64,000 nucleotides of DNA from positions 569-64,568 of the forward strand of contig JAQGNH010000384.1 of NCBI GenBank assembly GCA_028291945.1. The letters run 5' to 3'. The translations under genes were made by a program, and so were the position numbers. This DNA is from Betaproteobacteria bacterium (lineage in GTDB: Bacteria > Pseudomonadota > Gammaproteobacteria > Burkholderiales > SG8-41). Shown here piece after piece: positions 37,561 to 47,680 of the stretch. The notes beneath the pieces are model-generated. The model saw nothing but the letters and a program-made list of their open reading frames with translations, made no database searches and was not told the origin of the DNA. Position 1 is the stretch's first letter. The number at the start of each line of letters is the position of its first letter.

Positions 37561-40500
37561 TTAAAGCAGCACGCGCTCGATGCCGCCACTGTTCGCTTTC
37601 GCAACGTAATCGGCCATCCAGTTTTCGCCGAGCAGGTGTTTCGCCATCTCGACGACGATGTAGTCGGCTTGCGTGCCGCTGTCGTCGTTGAAGCGGGCAA
37701 GGCCCTGCAGACAAGAGGGGCACGAAGTGAGCACCTTGACATCGCCTTTGAAACCGTCCGCGCGCACGGCATCGGCCCCGAGACGCATCTGAAATTCCTT
37801 GCGGAAACGCACCTGCGTGGAAATATCAGGGCGACTCGTGGCGAGCGTGCCCGATTCCCCGCAGCATCGATCGTTGAGCGGAACCGGCTGGTTCATCAGC
37901 GCGTTGACGACTTCCAGCGGCTGATACGTCTTCATGGGCGAGTGGCATGGATCGTGATACATGTAGCGCACGCCATTCACGCCATTGAGCTTCACACCTT
38001 TCTCAAGCAGGTATTCGTGTATGTCGAGAAGGCGGCATCCCGGGAATATCTTGTCGAACTCGTATCCTTCGAGCTGATCCATGCACGTGCCACATGAAAC
38101 AATGACCGTCTTGATGTCGAGATACGCGAGCGTGTGTGCGACACGGTGGAACAGCACTCGGTTCCCGGTGACGATCGCCTGACCCTTTTGCTCCTCGCCT
38201 GCCGCGGTTTGGGGATACCCGCAGCACAGATAGCCGGGTGGCAGCACGGTGTGCACGCCCAGCTGGTACAGCATCGCCTGCGTTGCGAGCCCGACCTGTC
38301 CGAACAGGCGCTCCGAGCCGCATCCAGGGAAATAAAACACTGCTTCCGAGTCCTCGCCCGCTTTCTTGGGATCGCGAATGATAGGGATCATGCGCGGATC
38401 TTCAATCTCGAGCAGGGCGCGAGAGCTTTTCTTGGGGAGATTGCCAGGCATCGGCTTGTTGATGAAATGGATCACTTGCTGACGCACCGGCGGCTTGCCC
38501 ACGGTCGCCGGAGGAAGACGCGTCTGTTTTTGCGCGAGCCCGAACGCTTTCGCCACCCGATGGGCAAGGCGTTGAGCACCATAGCCGACGCGGATCATCG
38601 AAGTACGTAGCGCATTGACCGTCGTCGGATCCGTCGCATTCAGAAACAGCATGGATGCGAAAGTACCCAGGTTTGCGCGGCGCTTGCGGCTGCGACGCAG
38701 GAAGTTGCGCATCGCGACGGACACATCCCCGAAATCAATGTCGACAGGGCACGGCTTTACGCATTTATGGCAGACCGTGCAGTGGTCGGCCACATCGCCG
38801 TACTCGTCGAAGTGCTTGAGCGATATGCCGCGGCGCGTCTGCTCCTCGTACAGGAACGCTTCGGTCAACAAGCTCGTGGCAAGAATTTTATTGCGGGGAC
38901 TGTAGAGCAAGTTCGCCCGGGGCACATGCGTCGCACACACCGGCTTGCATTTGCCGCAACGCAGACAGTCCTTGATCAGATCGGCGACGCGGCCGATCTC
39001 GGATTGCTCGAGTATGAGGCTCTCTGCGCCGATCAGTGAAAAGCTCGGCGTGTAGGCGTTGCGCAAGTCCGCGCCCGGCAGGAGCTTGCCTTTGTTGAAA
39101 TGACCGTGCGGATCGACGCGCTCCTTGTAAGCGCGAAAAGCCTCGATCTGCTCCGGCTTGAGAAACTCGAGCTTGGTGAGACCGATGCCGTGCTCGCCGG
39201 AAACCACGCCATCGAGTGAGATCGACAGGCGCATGATGCGTGCGACGGCCTCCGCTGCCTCCTGCAGCATCTCATAATCGTCCGAGTTGACCGGGAGGTT
39301 CGTGTGAACGTTGCCATCACCGGCGTGCATGTGCAGCGCTACAAAAACACGGCTTCGCAGCACCGATTTGTGCGTAGCCTCGATTTCGCGCACCACTTTT
39401 TCAAATGGACGGCCGCTGAAGATATCGCACAGCTGTGCGCACAGCTCTGCTTTCCAGGAAACGCGGATGACGTGGTCCTGGAGCAGATGAAACAGCCGCG
39501 CGTCGTGCATCGAGCGTGCGCCTTCTTCGATCAGGCTCCCGTATACCTGGGGCGCGCTGCCCACCGCCTCGACTAAAGGCAGGTCTATGTTGTCGAGCAG
39601 CCAGCTCCAACGCGTGCGCGTTTCTGAAAGGAGTGTGATGGCGCGCTCGACGCGGTCGCCCAGCAACTCTGCCGCCGTGCCGATTTCGTCCTGACGGGCG
39701 AGCGGCAGGTCGCCGCGAAGTAGGGCTTCCAGCGCCTCGGTGAGCTTCAGCTTGTTGCGGATCGAAAGCTCGATATTGATGCGTTCGATTCCGTCCGAGT
39801 ATTCGCCGAGCCGCTCGAGCGGTATGACTACGTCCTCGTTGATCTTGAATGCGTTGGTATGCTTGGCAATCGCTGCAGTGCGAGCGCGGTCCAGCCAGAA
39901 CTTCCGCCGCATGTCGGCCGTTACGGCGACAAAACCTTCTGCATGGCGTGCGTTGGCGATGCGCACTACGTGCGAGGCAGCCGCGGCGACCGCGTTTTCG
40001 TCTTCACCGACGATATCTCCGATCAGGACCATCTTGGGGCGGCCCGCGCGACGGGCCTTGGTCGCATAGCCCACTGCTTTGACGTAACGCTCGTCGAGAT
40101 GCTCCAGCCCCGCGAGGCGCGCACCGCCGGGTTTGTCATCCAGATAGCGCTTGATCTCGACGATCGAAGGCACGGCTTCGCGCACGGACCCAAAGAACTC
40201 GAGGCACACCGTGCGGACCGCAGGCGGCATCCGATGCAGAATAAAGGTCGCTTGCGTAATGACCCCGTCGCAGCCCTCTTTTTGGACGCCGGGCAAACCG
40301 CCCAGGGCTTTGTCGGTGACGTCCTTGCCAAGACCTCGCTTGCGAAACGCAGAGCCTGGAATGTCCAGGATCTCGGGCTCGCCGAACTGCTTTTTGCCGT
40401 CTGTCTCGAAGCGCGTCAGCCGAAAACGTGCAACCGGCACCTCGTGTATCTTGCCGAGATTGTGGTCCAGACGCTCGATCAGCAGCCAGCGCGCATCCGG

Positions 40501-41412
40501 CATGACCATTTTCCACGACGCGAGATTGTCGAGAGCGGTGCCCCATAACACCGCTTTCTTGCCGCCTGCATTCATTGCGACGTTGCCGCCGATACACGAA
40601 GCATCTGCGGAGGTGGGATCGCATGCGAAGACAAGGCCTGCGCCGTCCGCGACTTCCATTACGCGGCGCGTGACGACACCCGCACCACAGCGCACGGTCG
40701 GAACCGTACGGTCGAGTCCGGGAAGCCTCACCTCGTCGATCGCGCTCAACGCTTCCAGTTTTTCAGTGTTGATCACTGCCGACAGCCGCGTGAGCGGTAT
40801 GGCGCCCCCGGTGTAACCGGTGCCGCCGCCGCGCGGGATGATCGTGAGACCGAGATCGATGCAAGCCTGCACGATCGGCGCGACCTCATCCTCGGTGTCG
40901 GGGTTGATCACGACGAACGGGTACTCGATGCGCCAGTCGGTGGCGTCGGTCACGTGCGACACCCGGGCAAGGCCGTCGAACTGAACGTTGTCGCGCCGAG
41001 TGATGCCCGCAAGCCGCCCCGTGACCCTTTTGCGCAGGTCATACGTATCGCGGAACTGCTTTTCGAACGTATCGACGGCAGCCTGCGCGGCAGCGAGCAG
41101 CGCCGTGACACGCTGGTCGCTGCGCTTGCGCCGGCGTGCGTCGATCGCGGCAAGTCTTTCTCGCATATCCGCGATGAGCGAAGCCCGGCGCTTGGGGTAG
41201 CTGATCAGCTCGTCTTCGATGTAGGGGTTGCGCGTGATCACCCAGATGTCGCCGAGGACCTCGTATAGCATCTTGGCCGAACGCCCGGTGCGGCGTTCGG
41301 TGCGCAGCTCATTCAGCGCGTTCCAGGCGGGCTCGCCCAACAGACGTATGACGATCTCGCGGTCCGAGAACGACGTGTAGTTATAGGGGATTTCGCGAAG
41401 TCGGGGAGTCAT
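37561..41412 (-). CDS. large fused FAD-linked oxidase / Fe-S oxidoreductase (DUF3683 + GlcD-like + ferredoxin + 2x CCG domains)
   Basis: 1283 aa. DUF3683-type N-terminus [24 protein letters not shown]-binding PCMH region [16 protein letters not shown], 4Fe-4S motifs [11 protein letters not shown] and [12 protein letters not shown], and Cys-rich CCG motifs YFPGCGSE and YHDPCHSP. Confidence 0.85.
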   Translation of the reverse strand: MTPRLREIPYNYTSFSDREIVIRLLGEPAWNALNELRTERRTGRSAKMLYEVLGDIWVITRNPYIEDELISYPKRRASLIADMRERLAAIDARRRKRSDQRVTALLAAAQAAVDTFEKQFRDTYDLRKRVTGRLAGITRRDNVQFDGLARVSHVTDATDWRIEYPFVVINPDTEDEVAPIVQACIDLGLTIIPRGGGTGYTGGAIPLTRLSAVINTEKLEALSAIDEVRLPGLDRTVPTVRCGAGVVTRRVMEVADGAGLVFACDPTSADASCIGGNVAMNAGGKKAVLWGTALDNLASWKMVMPDARWLLIERLDHNLGKIHEVPVARFRLTRFETDGKKQFGEPEILDIPGSAFRKRGLGKDVTDKALGGLPGVQKEGCDGVITQATFILHRMPPAVRTVCLEFFGSVREAVPSIVEIKRYLDDKPGGARLAGLEHLDERYVKAVGYATKARRAGRPKMVLIGDIVGEDENAVAAAASHVVRIANARHAEGFVAVTADMRRKFWLDRARTAAIAKHTNAFKINEDVVIPLERLGEYSDGIERINIELSIRNKLKLTEALEALLRGDLPLARQDEIGTAAELLGDRVERAITLLSETRTRWSWLLDNIDLPLVEAVGSAPQVYGSLIEEGARSMHDARLFHLLQDHVIRVSWKAELCAQLCDIFSGRPFEKVVREIEATHKSVLRSRVFVALHMHAGDGNVHTNLPVNSDDYEMLQEAAEAVARIMRLSISLDGVVSGEHGIGLTKLEFLKPEQIEAFRAYKERVDPHGHFNKGKLLPGADLRNAYTPSFSLIGAESLILEQSEIGRVADLIKDCLRCGKCKPVCATHVPRANLLYSPRNKILATSLLTEAFLYEEQTRRGISLKHFDEYGDVADHCTVCHKCVKPCPVDIDFGDVSVAMRNFLRRSRKRRANLGTFASMLFLNATDPTTVNALRTSMIRVGYGAQRLAHRVAKAFGLAQKQTRLPPATVGKPPVRQQVIHFINKPMPGNLPKKSSRALLEIEDPRMIPIIRDPKKAGEDSEAVFYFPGCGSERLFGQVGLATQAMLYQLGVHTVLPPGYLCCGYPQTAAGEEQKGQAIVTGNRVLFHRVAHTLAYLDIKTVIVSCGTCMDQLEGYEFDKIFPGCRLLDIHEYLLEKGVKLNGVNGVRYMYHDPCHSPMKTYQPLEVVNALMNQPVPLNDRCCGESGTLATSRPDISTQVRFRKEFQMRLGADAVRADGFKGDVKVLTSCPSCLQGLARFNDDSGTQADYIVVEMAKHLLGENWMADYVAKANSGGIERVLL

Positions 41413-41580
41413 GAAAGATCGCCGGCAGCCCGGCGTGAGAGAGGATGTGTGGCAGGCGCTTCAAGTCAGTATGGTAGCGGTGCGGCGCTAGGGCGTAAAC
41501 CACGAACTACAAAGGTTTTTACCGACCCACGAAGGGCGATACCCAGCGTAAGCAAACACGGCGCCGTCGTGGGCGAGCAG

Positions 41581-41976
41581 CTACAGCACCATCGCTGCAA
41601 TGGCCGCATAGCGCGCGAACTTGCCCAGGGCCATGAATAAGGCCGCAGCCCACGCATTCATCCGCAGCCACCCCGCGCCGACGCACAATGCGTCGCCGAC
41701 GATCGGTACCCAAGATAAAAGCAATGCGGGGCTCCCGTAGCGGCGCAGGGTTTCGAGCCCCCTCATAGGCTTGCGCCCAGTGACCAGCCGGCCCAGGAGA
41801 TAGGACGTCATACCGCCCAAGGTGTTCCCCAGTGTCGCTACTCCAAGCGCGAGCCAAACATCGGTGGCGGGTTGCTGCAACACTGCGAACAGGACGATTT
41901 CGGATCCCCCCGGCAGCACCGTCGCTGCGAGGAAACTGCTCGCGAAAAGCGTGCTGAGAGGCGAGACGGAGTTCAT
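41581..41976 (-). CDS. YqaA-family (DedA-superfamily) membrane protein
   Basis: 131 aa with FLAATVLPGGSEIVLFAV and ...LGNTLGGMTSYLLGR motifs. Confidence 0.75.
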   Translation of the reverse strand: MNSVSPLSTLFASSFLAATVLPGGSEIVLFAVLQQPATDVWLALGVATLGNTLGGMTSYLLGRLVTGRKPMRGLETLRRYGSPALLLSWVPIVGDALCVGAGWLRMNAWAAALFMALGKFARYAAIAAMVL

Positions 41977-42066
41977 CTTTTGGCGGGAGAGCGCATGATA
42001 AACTGCGCTTTCTTTTCCTACGGCCTGGCGGACGCGTGACTCACGACGTCAAACGCGGCCTTCACG

Positions 42067-42606
42067 ATGACTCAGTCAGCCTCACTGATCAGCGAAGATT
42101 ATCGCAAGATGCAGGAGGAATTGCATCGCAATCCGAATTACGGGGTGGCCTCGGTCGAGTATGCGCCGCTCGTGGCGGACGTGATGCAGAAAATCGGCAC
42201 GAAGGAGCTTCTGGACTACGGCGCCGGAAAAGGCCGTTTGGGAGCCACCCTCGAAGATATGTTCGACGAGCCGTTCACGATACATCACTACGACCCCGCA
42301 ATACCGCAATGGTCGAGTCCGCCCGCTCCCTGCAAACTCGTCGCTTGCATCGACGTGCTGGAGCATATCGAGCCGAACCTGATCGACAATGTGCTCGATG
42401 ATCTGAAACGGGTCACCGCAGCGATCGGCATCTTCACGGTTCATACCGGACCTGCCGCGAAGGTATTGCTGGATGGCCGTAACGCACATCTGATACAGAA
42501 ACCTGCGACGTGGTGGTTACCAAAATTCATGGACCGCTTCGAGCTCGCGCAATTCCAGCGCATGCCCATGGGATTCTGGATCGTCGTGGAGCGCAGGGCA
42601 GGATAG
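42067..42606 (+). CDS. class I SAM-dependent methyltransferase
   Basis: 179 aa with motif I LLDYGAGKGRLG and the post-I/II region VACIDVLEHIE. Confidence 0.7.
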   Translation: MTQSASLISEDYRKMQEELHRNPNYGVASVEYAPLVADVMQKIGTKELLDYGAGKGRLGATLEDMFDEPFTIHHYDPAIPQWSSPPAPCKLVACIDVLEHIEPNLIDNVLDDLKRVTAAIGIFTVHTGPAAKVLLDGRNAHLIQKPATWWLPKFMDRFELAQFQRMPMGFWIVVERRAG

Positions 42607-42721
42607 GTGCCGGCGCTTTCGACTGCGCGCTACATGCTCCTTGGTGCAGGTTGCAAGAAGTCGCTGTGGCAGCGACATCCGGGTAAACAGACTTAATTCA
42701 AGTATTGGACATAGGACGATC

Positions 42722-43411
42722 ATGAGTTATGCCATCGAATTCGCGGGCCCGGTCACGCTTCCGGTCGCTGAAAGCAACCAGGCCTTTCCTGTCGGACGCA
42801 TCTACTGTGTAGGGCGCAACTATGCGGAGCACGCGCGCGAAATGGGACACGACCCGGACCGGGAGCCTCCTTTTTTCTTCATGAAGCCCGCAGACGCAAT
42901 CGTGCACAACGGAACAACGATCCCTTATCCGCAGATGACCAAGGATCTGCACCACGAGATCGAAATGGTCGTCGCGATCGGCAAAGGTGGCTCCGACATA
43001 CCGGTCGAAAAAGCCCTCCAGCATGTGTTCGGCTACGGCGTCGGCCTCGACATGACACGTCGCGATCTGCAGGGCGAAGCCAAAAAGATGGGCCGCCCCT
43101 GGGAGATGGGTAAGGCATTCGACAATTCGGCACCGTGCACGGCGCTCAAGACCGTCGCCATGGTGGGACATCCGGAGAAAGGCGCGATTTGGCTCCGGAT
43201 CAACGGTGAAGTCAGGCAGAAGGGCGATCTTGCGGAGATGATCTGGAATGTCCCTGAAACGATCTCTTATCTCTCGAAATTGATCACGCTGCGCGCGGGG
43301 GATCTGATCATGTCGGGCACGCCGGCGGGTGTCGGACCGGTCAAGCCAGGCGACAGGCTCGAGGGGCACGTCGACGGCGTGGGCGAGCTCACGGTCACCT
43401 ACAGGAAATAG
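42722..43411 (+). CDS. fumarylacetoacetate hydrolase family protein
   Basis: RIYCVGRNYAEHAREMG, FFMKP, HHEIEMVVAIGK and GDLIMSGTPAGVG motifs. The start is trimmed to ATG 42722. Confidence 0.88.
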   Translation: MSYAIEFAGPVTLPVAESNQAFPVGRIYCVGRNYAEHAREMGHDPDREPPFFFMKPADAIVHNGTTIPYPQMTKDLHHEIEMVVAIGKGGSDIPVEKALQHVFGYGVGLDMTRRDLQGEAKKMGRPWEMGKAFDNSAPCTALKTVAMVGHPEKGAIWLRINGEVRQKGDLAEMIWNVPETISYLSKLITLRAGDLIMSGTPAGVGPVKPGDRLEGHVDGVGELTVTYRK

Positions 43412-43456
43412 CGCAACGTCCGCTTCAGAGCAATCTCTGATGATGCGTGGCTGCGT

Positions 43457-44221
43457 ATGAAACTTACACTCCAGCAATACGAGGCGCTGAATCCGCGCAG
43501 CGAGATCGAGCACGATGGAGCGAAGATGGTTTTCGCAACGCCGAGCGTGCTCACGCACTGGCGCGTCGAATCGATCTACGAAAAAGAGCCGTGGACGCTC
43601 GAGTGGATTGCAGGATTTCACCCTGGCGAGATTTTCCTCGACTGTGGCGCGAATGTGGGCATGTACACGATCTGGGCGGCGGTTACGCGACGGGTGCGCG
43701 TTTACGCGTTCGAACCTGAATCGCAGAATTACGCGTTGCTCAATCGCAATATCCTGCTGAACGAGGTGGGCCACCTTGTCGATGCGTACTGTGTCGGACT
43801 ATCGGACGCGGCGGGATTGTCCAAGCTGCATATGGCCGATTTGCGTGCGGGCGGCTCGTGTCACTCGCTCGGCGAAGCGCTCGACTTCCGCCATGAGCCC
43901 CTCAATACAGAATTCAGCCAGGGGTGCATAGCCGACACGCTCGATGCTCTGGTGGCTAAGCGGTACGTACCCGTGCCGAATCACATCAAGATCGACGTCG
44001 ACGGTTTCGAACCGAAGGTGATTGCGGGCGCGCTTGCCACGCTGTCGGAAAAACCGGTGCGCTCACTGCTCATCGAGACCAATCAGAACCTTGCCGATCA
44101 CCGGGATATGGTCAAGGTATTGAACGATCTGGGCTTCAAGCATGATGCGAAACAGGTTGCGCGAGCCGAACGAAAAGAGGGTGCCTTCAAGGGAGTCGCG
44201 GAGTATGTCTTCAGACGTTGA
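43457..44221 (+). CDS. FkbM-family methyltransferase
   Basis: 254 aa with FLDCGANVGMYT and HIKIDVDGFE, characteristic of FkbM methyltransferases. Confidence 0.8.
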   Translation: MKLTLQQYEALNPRSEIEHDGAKMVFATPSVLTHWRVESIYEKEPWTLEWIAGFHPGEIFLDCGANVGMYTIWAAVTRRVRVYAFEPESQNYALLNRNILLNEVGHLVDAYCVGLSDAAGLSKLHMADLRAGGSCHSLGEALDFRHEPLNTEFSQGCIADTLDALVAKRYVPVPNHIKIDVDGFEPKVIAGALATLSEKPVRSLLIETNQNLADHRDMVKVLNDLGFKHDAKQVARAERKEGAFKGVAEYVFRR

Positions 44222-44969
44222 GCTGCACGCCGCGTATAAGGTGGCGAACGCGCCGCTGAACATGTTTCCCTATCCTCACTTTTACGTCGAGGATATCTTT
44301 CCCAAGGATTTCTATGCGACGCTGCAAAGCATGCTGCCGACGCAGAGCGATATGCGTCCTATCGCAGAAGTGCGACCCGTCAAAGGTTACAAGGAGCGCT
44401 TCGTGCTGGACCTCGGTTCCGAGCAGCTTTCTGCGCTGCCCGAAGCGAAGCAGCGCTTTTGGAATGACGTACGAAAATGGTTGATCGCCGGCCGATTCAG
44501 CAGTGCTGTCGCCGGCAAGTTTGGTCAACAGCTGAACGAACGTTTCGGGAGTCAGCCAGCGGAGTTCTATGACGAGGCGCTGCTGGTGCAGGACATCACC
44601 AATTATGCGCTGGGGCCCCACTCGGATTCGCCGCGCAAAGTCATCACGTTGTTGTTCTATCTCCCTAAGGACGAGTCGCAGAAGCACCTCGGCACGTCGC
44701 TCTATGTGCCGAAAGATCCCAATTTCTCGTGCCCAGGCGGACCGCACTATCCTCACGATAAATTCGACCGGGTATGGACGATGCCATTCCTGCCCAATGC
44801 GCTTTTCGCATTCGCGAAAACGGACCGTTCTTTCCACGGGGTCGAGCCGATAGCGGATGAAGACTGCAGACGCTGGCTATTGCTCTATGACGTTTATCTG
44901 CGCCAAGCTCAGCCCGCGGCGGCTGAAACGCAGAGTGCGACGCCAAAGAAGGTGAAATTCTCCTTTTAA
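44205..44969 (+). CDS. hypothetical protein, possible 2OG-Fe(II)-oxygenase-like fold
   Basis: The start is trimmed to ATG 44205, overlapping the FkbM gene by 17 nt. A candidate facial triad is H-x-D in LGPHSDSP plus the distal His in RSFHGVEP. The fold assignment is tentative. Confidence 0.5.
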   Translation: MSSDVELHAAYKVANAPLNMFPYPHFYVEDIFPKDFYATLQSMLPTQSDMRPIAEVRPVKGYKERFVLDLGSEQLSALPEAKQRFWNDVRKWLIAGRFSSAVAGKFGQQLNERFGSQPAEFYDEALLVQDITNYALGPHSDSPRKVITLLFYLPKDESQKHLGTSLYVPKDPNFSCPGGPHYPHDKFDRVWTMPFLPNALFAFAKTDRSFHGVEPIADEDCRRWLLLYDVYLRQAQPAAAETQSATPKKVKFSF

Positions 44970-45019
44970 CGCCTGGCGTCGTTTGATTCGCACGTCGCCG
45001 CGACTTCGGGAATATCGAA

Positions 45020-46018
45020 ATGCACACGCGTAAGCTCGGAAAGAACGGACCCGATGTTCCGTCATTGGGTCTGGGTTGCATGGGCATGTCGATCAGCTAC
45101 GGTGAGCCCGACGACATGGCGTCCATCGCGACGATTCATCGCGCGCGTGATCTGGGCGTGAATTTGCTGGTCACCTCGGACGCTTATGGCAATGGTGTCA
45201 ACGAAGAGCTGATTGCAAAAGCGATCAAAGGTCAGCGCTCGAGCTTCATCGTTGCGACTAAATTTGGCAATCTAGCCCTTGCGGGACGCGATGGCGCCGG
45301 TGCGCCGGCGCTGTCCGGCGGGCACCCAAACCACGTGCCTCAAGCCTGCGACAAGAGTCTTAAACGGCTAGGCGTAGAACAGATCGATATTTATGGTCTG
45401 CATCGCGTCGATCGCAGCGTGCCCATCGAAGACACAGTAGGCGCCATGTCGCGCCTGGTCGAGCAGGGCAAGGTACGGTATCTCGCGCTCTCCGAGGCGG
45501 GTGCGCAGACGATCAGGCGCGCGCACGAAGTGCATGCGATCACCGCGGTCGAGACCGAGTACTCACTGTGGAGCCGCGACGTTGAACGTGAGGTGCTTTC
45601 GACGTGCCGAGAGCTCGGCATCGGCTTTATGGCTTATGCGCCGCTCGGCAGGGGTTTTCTGACTGCGACGATCAAGAGTCTCGACGCGCTGCTTCCGAAA
45701 GACCGACGGCGCGAGCATCCACGGTTCGACGCGGCAAATCTGGCGCGTAACCGCGATCTACTGCGTCCGATCGAGGATTTAGCGGCAGCGAAGAAGGCTA
45801 CTGCCGCACAGGTCGCTCTTGCGTGGGTGCTTGCGCAAGGGAACGACATCGTGCCGATCCCCGGTACGAAACGCCGCAGCTATCTCGAAGAAAACTGTCG
45901 AGCCGTTGAAATCGATCTCACGAAAGACGAGCTCGCCGTGCTTGGCAAAGCGTTTGCGCCAGGCGTTACCGCGGGCACACGTTATCCCGAAAAGCAGCTG
46001 AACGGGCTCGGCATCTAG
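45020..46018 (+). CDS. aldo/keto reductase
   Basis: 332 aa with LGLGCMGMS, DTSDAYG-like TSDAYGNG, and the IPIPGTKRRSYLEEN C-terminal motif. Confidence 0.9.
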   Translation: MHTRKLGKNGPDVPSLGLGCMGMSISYGEPDDMASIATIHRARDLGVNLLVTSDAYGNGVNEELIAKAIKGQRSSFIVATKFGNLALAGRDGAGAPALSGGHPNHVPQACDKSLKRLGVEQIDIYGLHRVDRSVPIEDTVGAMSRLVEQGKVRYLALSEAGAQTIRRAHEVHAITAVETEYSLWSRDVEREVLSTCRELGIGFMAYAPLGRGFLTATIKSLDALLPKDRRREHPRFDAANLARNRDLLRPIEDLAAAKKATAAQVALAWVLAQGNDIVPIPGTKRRSYLEENCRAVEIDLTKDELAVLGKAFAPGVTAGTRYPEKQLNGLGI

Positions 46019-46043
46019 AGCACTCGAAGGACTACCCGCACCG

Positions 46044-47012
46044 CTAGGCCGCTTCTGGTGTGCGCTGTCTGAAATAGTCGATCGTTCGTTCGAGTCCCTG
46101 ATCGAGCTCGATGCAGGGCTGCCAGCCCAACTTTTTCTTCGCGAGGGAGATATCAGGCTGGCGCTGAACCGGGTCATCGCTCGGCAACGGCCTGAAGACC
46201 AGCTGGGACCTGGATCCAGTGAGCTGAGTGATTTTCTGCGCGAGCTCGAGGATGGTGAACGCCCGCGGATTGCCTATGTTTACGGGGCCCACGAAGTCGT
46301 CCGCAGTGTCCATCAACCTTACGAGCGCATCAGTTAAATCGTCGACGTAGCAGAAGGAGCGCGTCTGTGTGCCTTTGCCGTAAATCGTTATCGGTTGATG
46401 GCTGAGCGCCTGCACGATGAAGTTCGATACGACGCGTCCATCGTCAGGGTGCATTCTCGGTCCGTACGTGTTGAAGATACGGGCGACCTTGATGCGAAGA
46501 CTGTGCTGCCGATAATAATCGAAGAACAATGTTTCGGCGCAACGTTTTCCCTCGTCGTAGCACGACCGCAATCCGATCGGATTGACGTGCCCCCAGTATT
46601 CCTCTGCCTGCGGGTGTACCTGAGGATCTCCGTAAACTTCGCTCGTTGAGGCCTGCAGGATCTTTGCGCGGACTCGCTTGGCGAGCCCGAGCATATTGAT
46701 CGCGCCGTGCACGCTCGTCTTTGTCGTCTGTACCGGGTCATGCTGGTAGTGAATCGGCGAAGCTGGACACGCCAAGTTATAGATCTCGTCCACTTCCACA
46801 TAGAGCGGGAACGTCACATCGTGGCGTATCAGTTCGAACCGCTGGTTTTGGAGCAAGTGCTCAACGTTTTCGCGGGATCCGGTGAAAAAATTGTCCACGC
46901 ACAGCACCTCGCCGCCGTCGCGCAATAAACGTTCGCACAGGTGCGAACCCAGAAATCCAGCACCTCCCGTTACCAATATGCGTTTTCTATTTCTGTACGT
47001 TCTCGTCGGCAT
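46044..47012 (-). CDS. UDP-glucuronate decarboxylase (UDP-xylose synthase), SDR family
   Basis: [19 protein letters not shown] Rossmann motif, [16 protein letters not shown] and the catalytic YDEGKR motif. Colinear with UXS enzymes. Confidence 0.9.
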   Translation of the reverse strand: MPTRTYRNRKRILVTGGAGFLGSHLCERLLRDGGEVLCVDNFFTGSRENVEHLLQNQRFELIRHDVTFPLYVEVDEIYNLACPASPIHYQHDPVQTTKTSVHGAINMLGLAKRVRAKILQASTSEVYGDPQVHPQAEEYWGHVNPIGLRSCYDEGKRCAETLFFDYYRQHSLRIKVARIFNTYGPRMHPDDGRVVSNFIVQALSHQPITIYGKGTQTRSFCYVDDLTDALVRLMDTADDFVGPVNIGNPRAFTILELAQKITQLTGSRSQLVFRPLPSDDPVQRQPDISLAKKKLGWQPCIELDQGLERTIDYFRQRTPEAA

Positions 47013-47108
47013 TGCACTGAGATCTCGTCTTATGTTCGATTCATCCAGGCGCGGAGGACCGCGCCACGTTCGTAGCCGCAGACATGTTGTGGCGCGCGTA
47101 GCAGGCTC

Positions 47109-47603
47109 TCACCACGGTCTTTGTCCACTCGCCGCTCTTTCGGCGACTTCCTGCTGATACTCCGGAGGACCGAAAGCTGAGAAGCCTTGCTGGTTGGTAA
47201 ACTTGCCGTTTTCGACGACCTGCTCCGAGTAAAGCAGGACCCGCTGGTGCTCCTGCGCAAATTGCTTCAGCCAGTTCAGTGATCGCGGCGGAATCCTGCG
47301 ACCCACCGGTACGGCGACGTCCACCGGCATACCTCGCCAGCGTGTTTGATCGAATAGTACGATGACTTTGGCATTGCTGGGTTTCATCCACTCGGGCAAT
47401 GGGCTGTTGTCCATACGCCAGCCGCAAATGAAATGCACGCACGGGTCCACCGGACGATGCTCGTAATCATTGCAGCCGGAGCCGGTGCTGTGCGGACACG
47501 GGCGGCCGGGATGCACGGGTACTCCATTTACACGGATCTGCAGCCAGCCGTCGCAGCAAGCGGTGCACGGCTGACACGATCGCGGTGGAATTGGTTTGGC
47601 CAA
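47109..47603 (-). CDS. YkgJ-family (CxxCxxCC) cysteine-cluster protein with extra C-terminal domain
   Basis: CQPCTACCDG followed by GRPCPH..GSGCNDYEHRPVDPCVHF fits the UPF0153/YkgJ pattern. The last ~80 aa are unassigned. Confidence 0.65.
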   Translation of the reverse strand: MAKPIPPRSCQPCTACCDGWLQIRVNGVPVHPGRPCPHSTGSGCNDYEHRPVDPCVHFICGWRMDNSPLPEWMKPSNAKVIVLFDQTRWRGMPVDVAVPVGRRIPPRSLNWLKQFAQEHQRVLLYSEQVVENGKFTNQQGFSAFGPPEYQQEVAERAASGQRPW

Positions 47604-47680
47604 TAGATCCTCGTTGCGGAACTTCGGACGACGCGACTGGTGGAGTTCCCCCCACGTGCGAGCCGGACACTAGCAGGATT

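Noticed and set aside
42698-43774. 358-aa minus-strand ORF
   Set aside because: It is antisense to the well-supported FAH and FkbM genes. Similar long antisense ORFs were rejected for the same reason: 2376..3125, 3141..3959, 18147..19253, 23779..24735, 24588..25403, 30037..30747, 49713..50885, 53348..54076 and 59293..60015. In each case the partner strand carries a recognisable protein family and the shadow ORF has a biased R/A/G/P composition.
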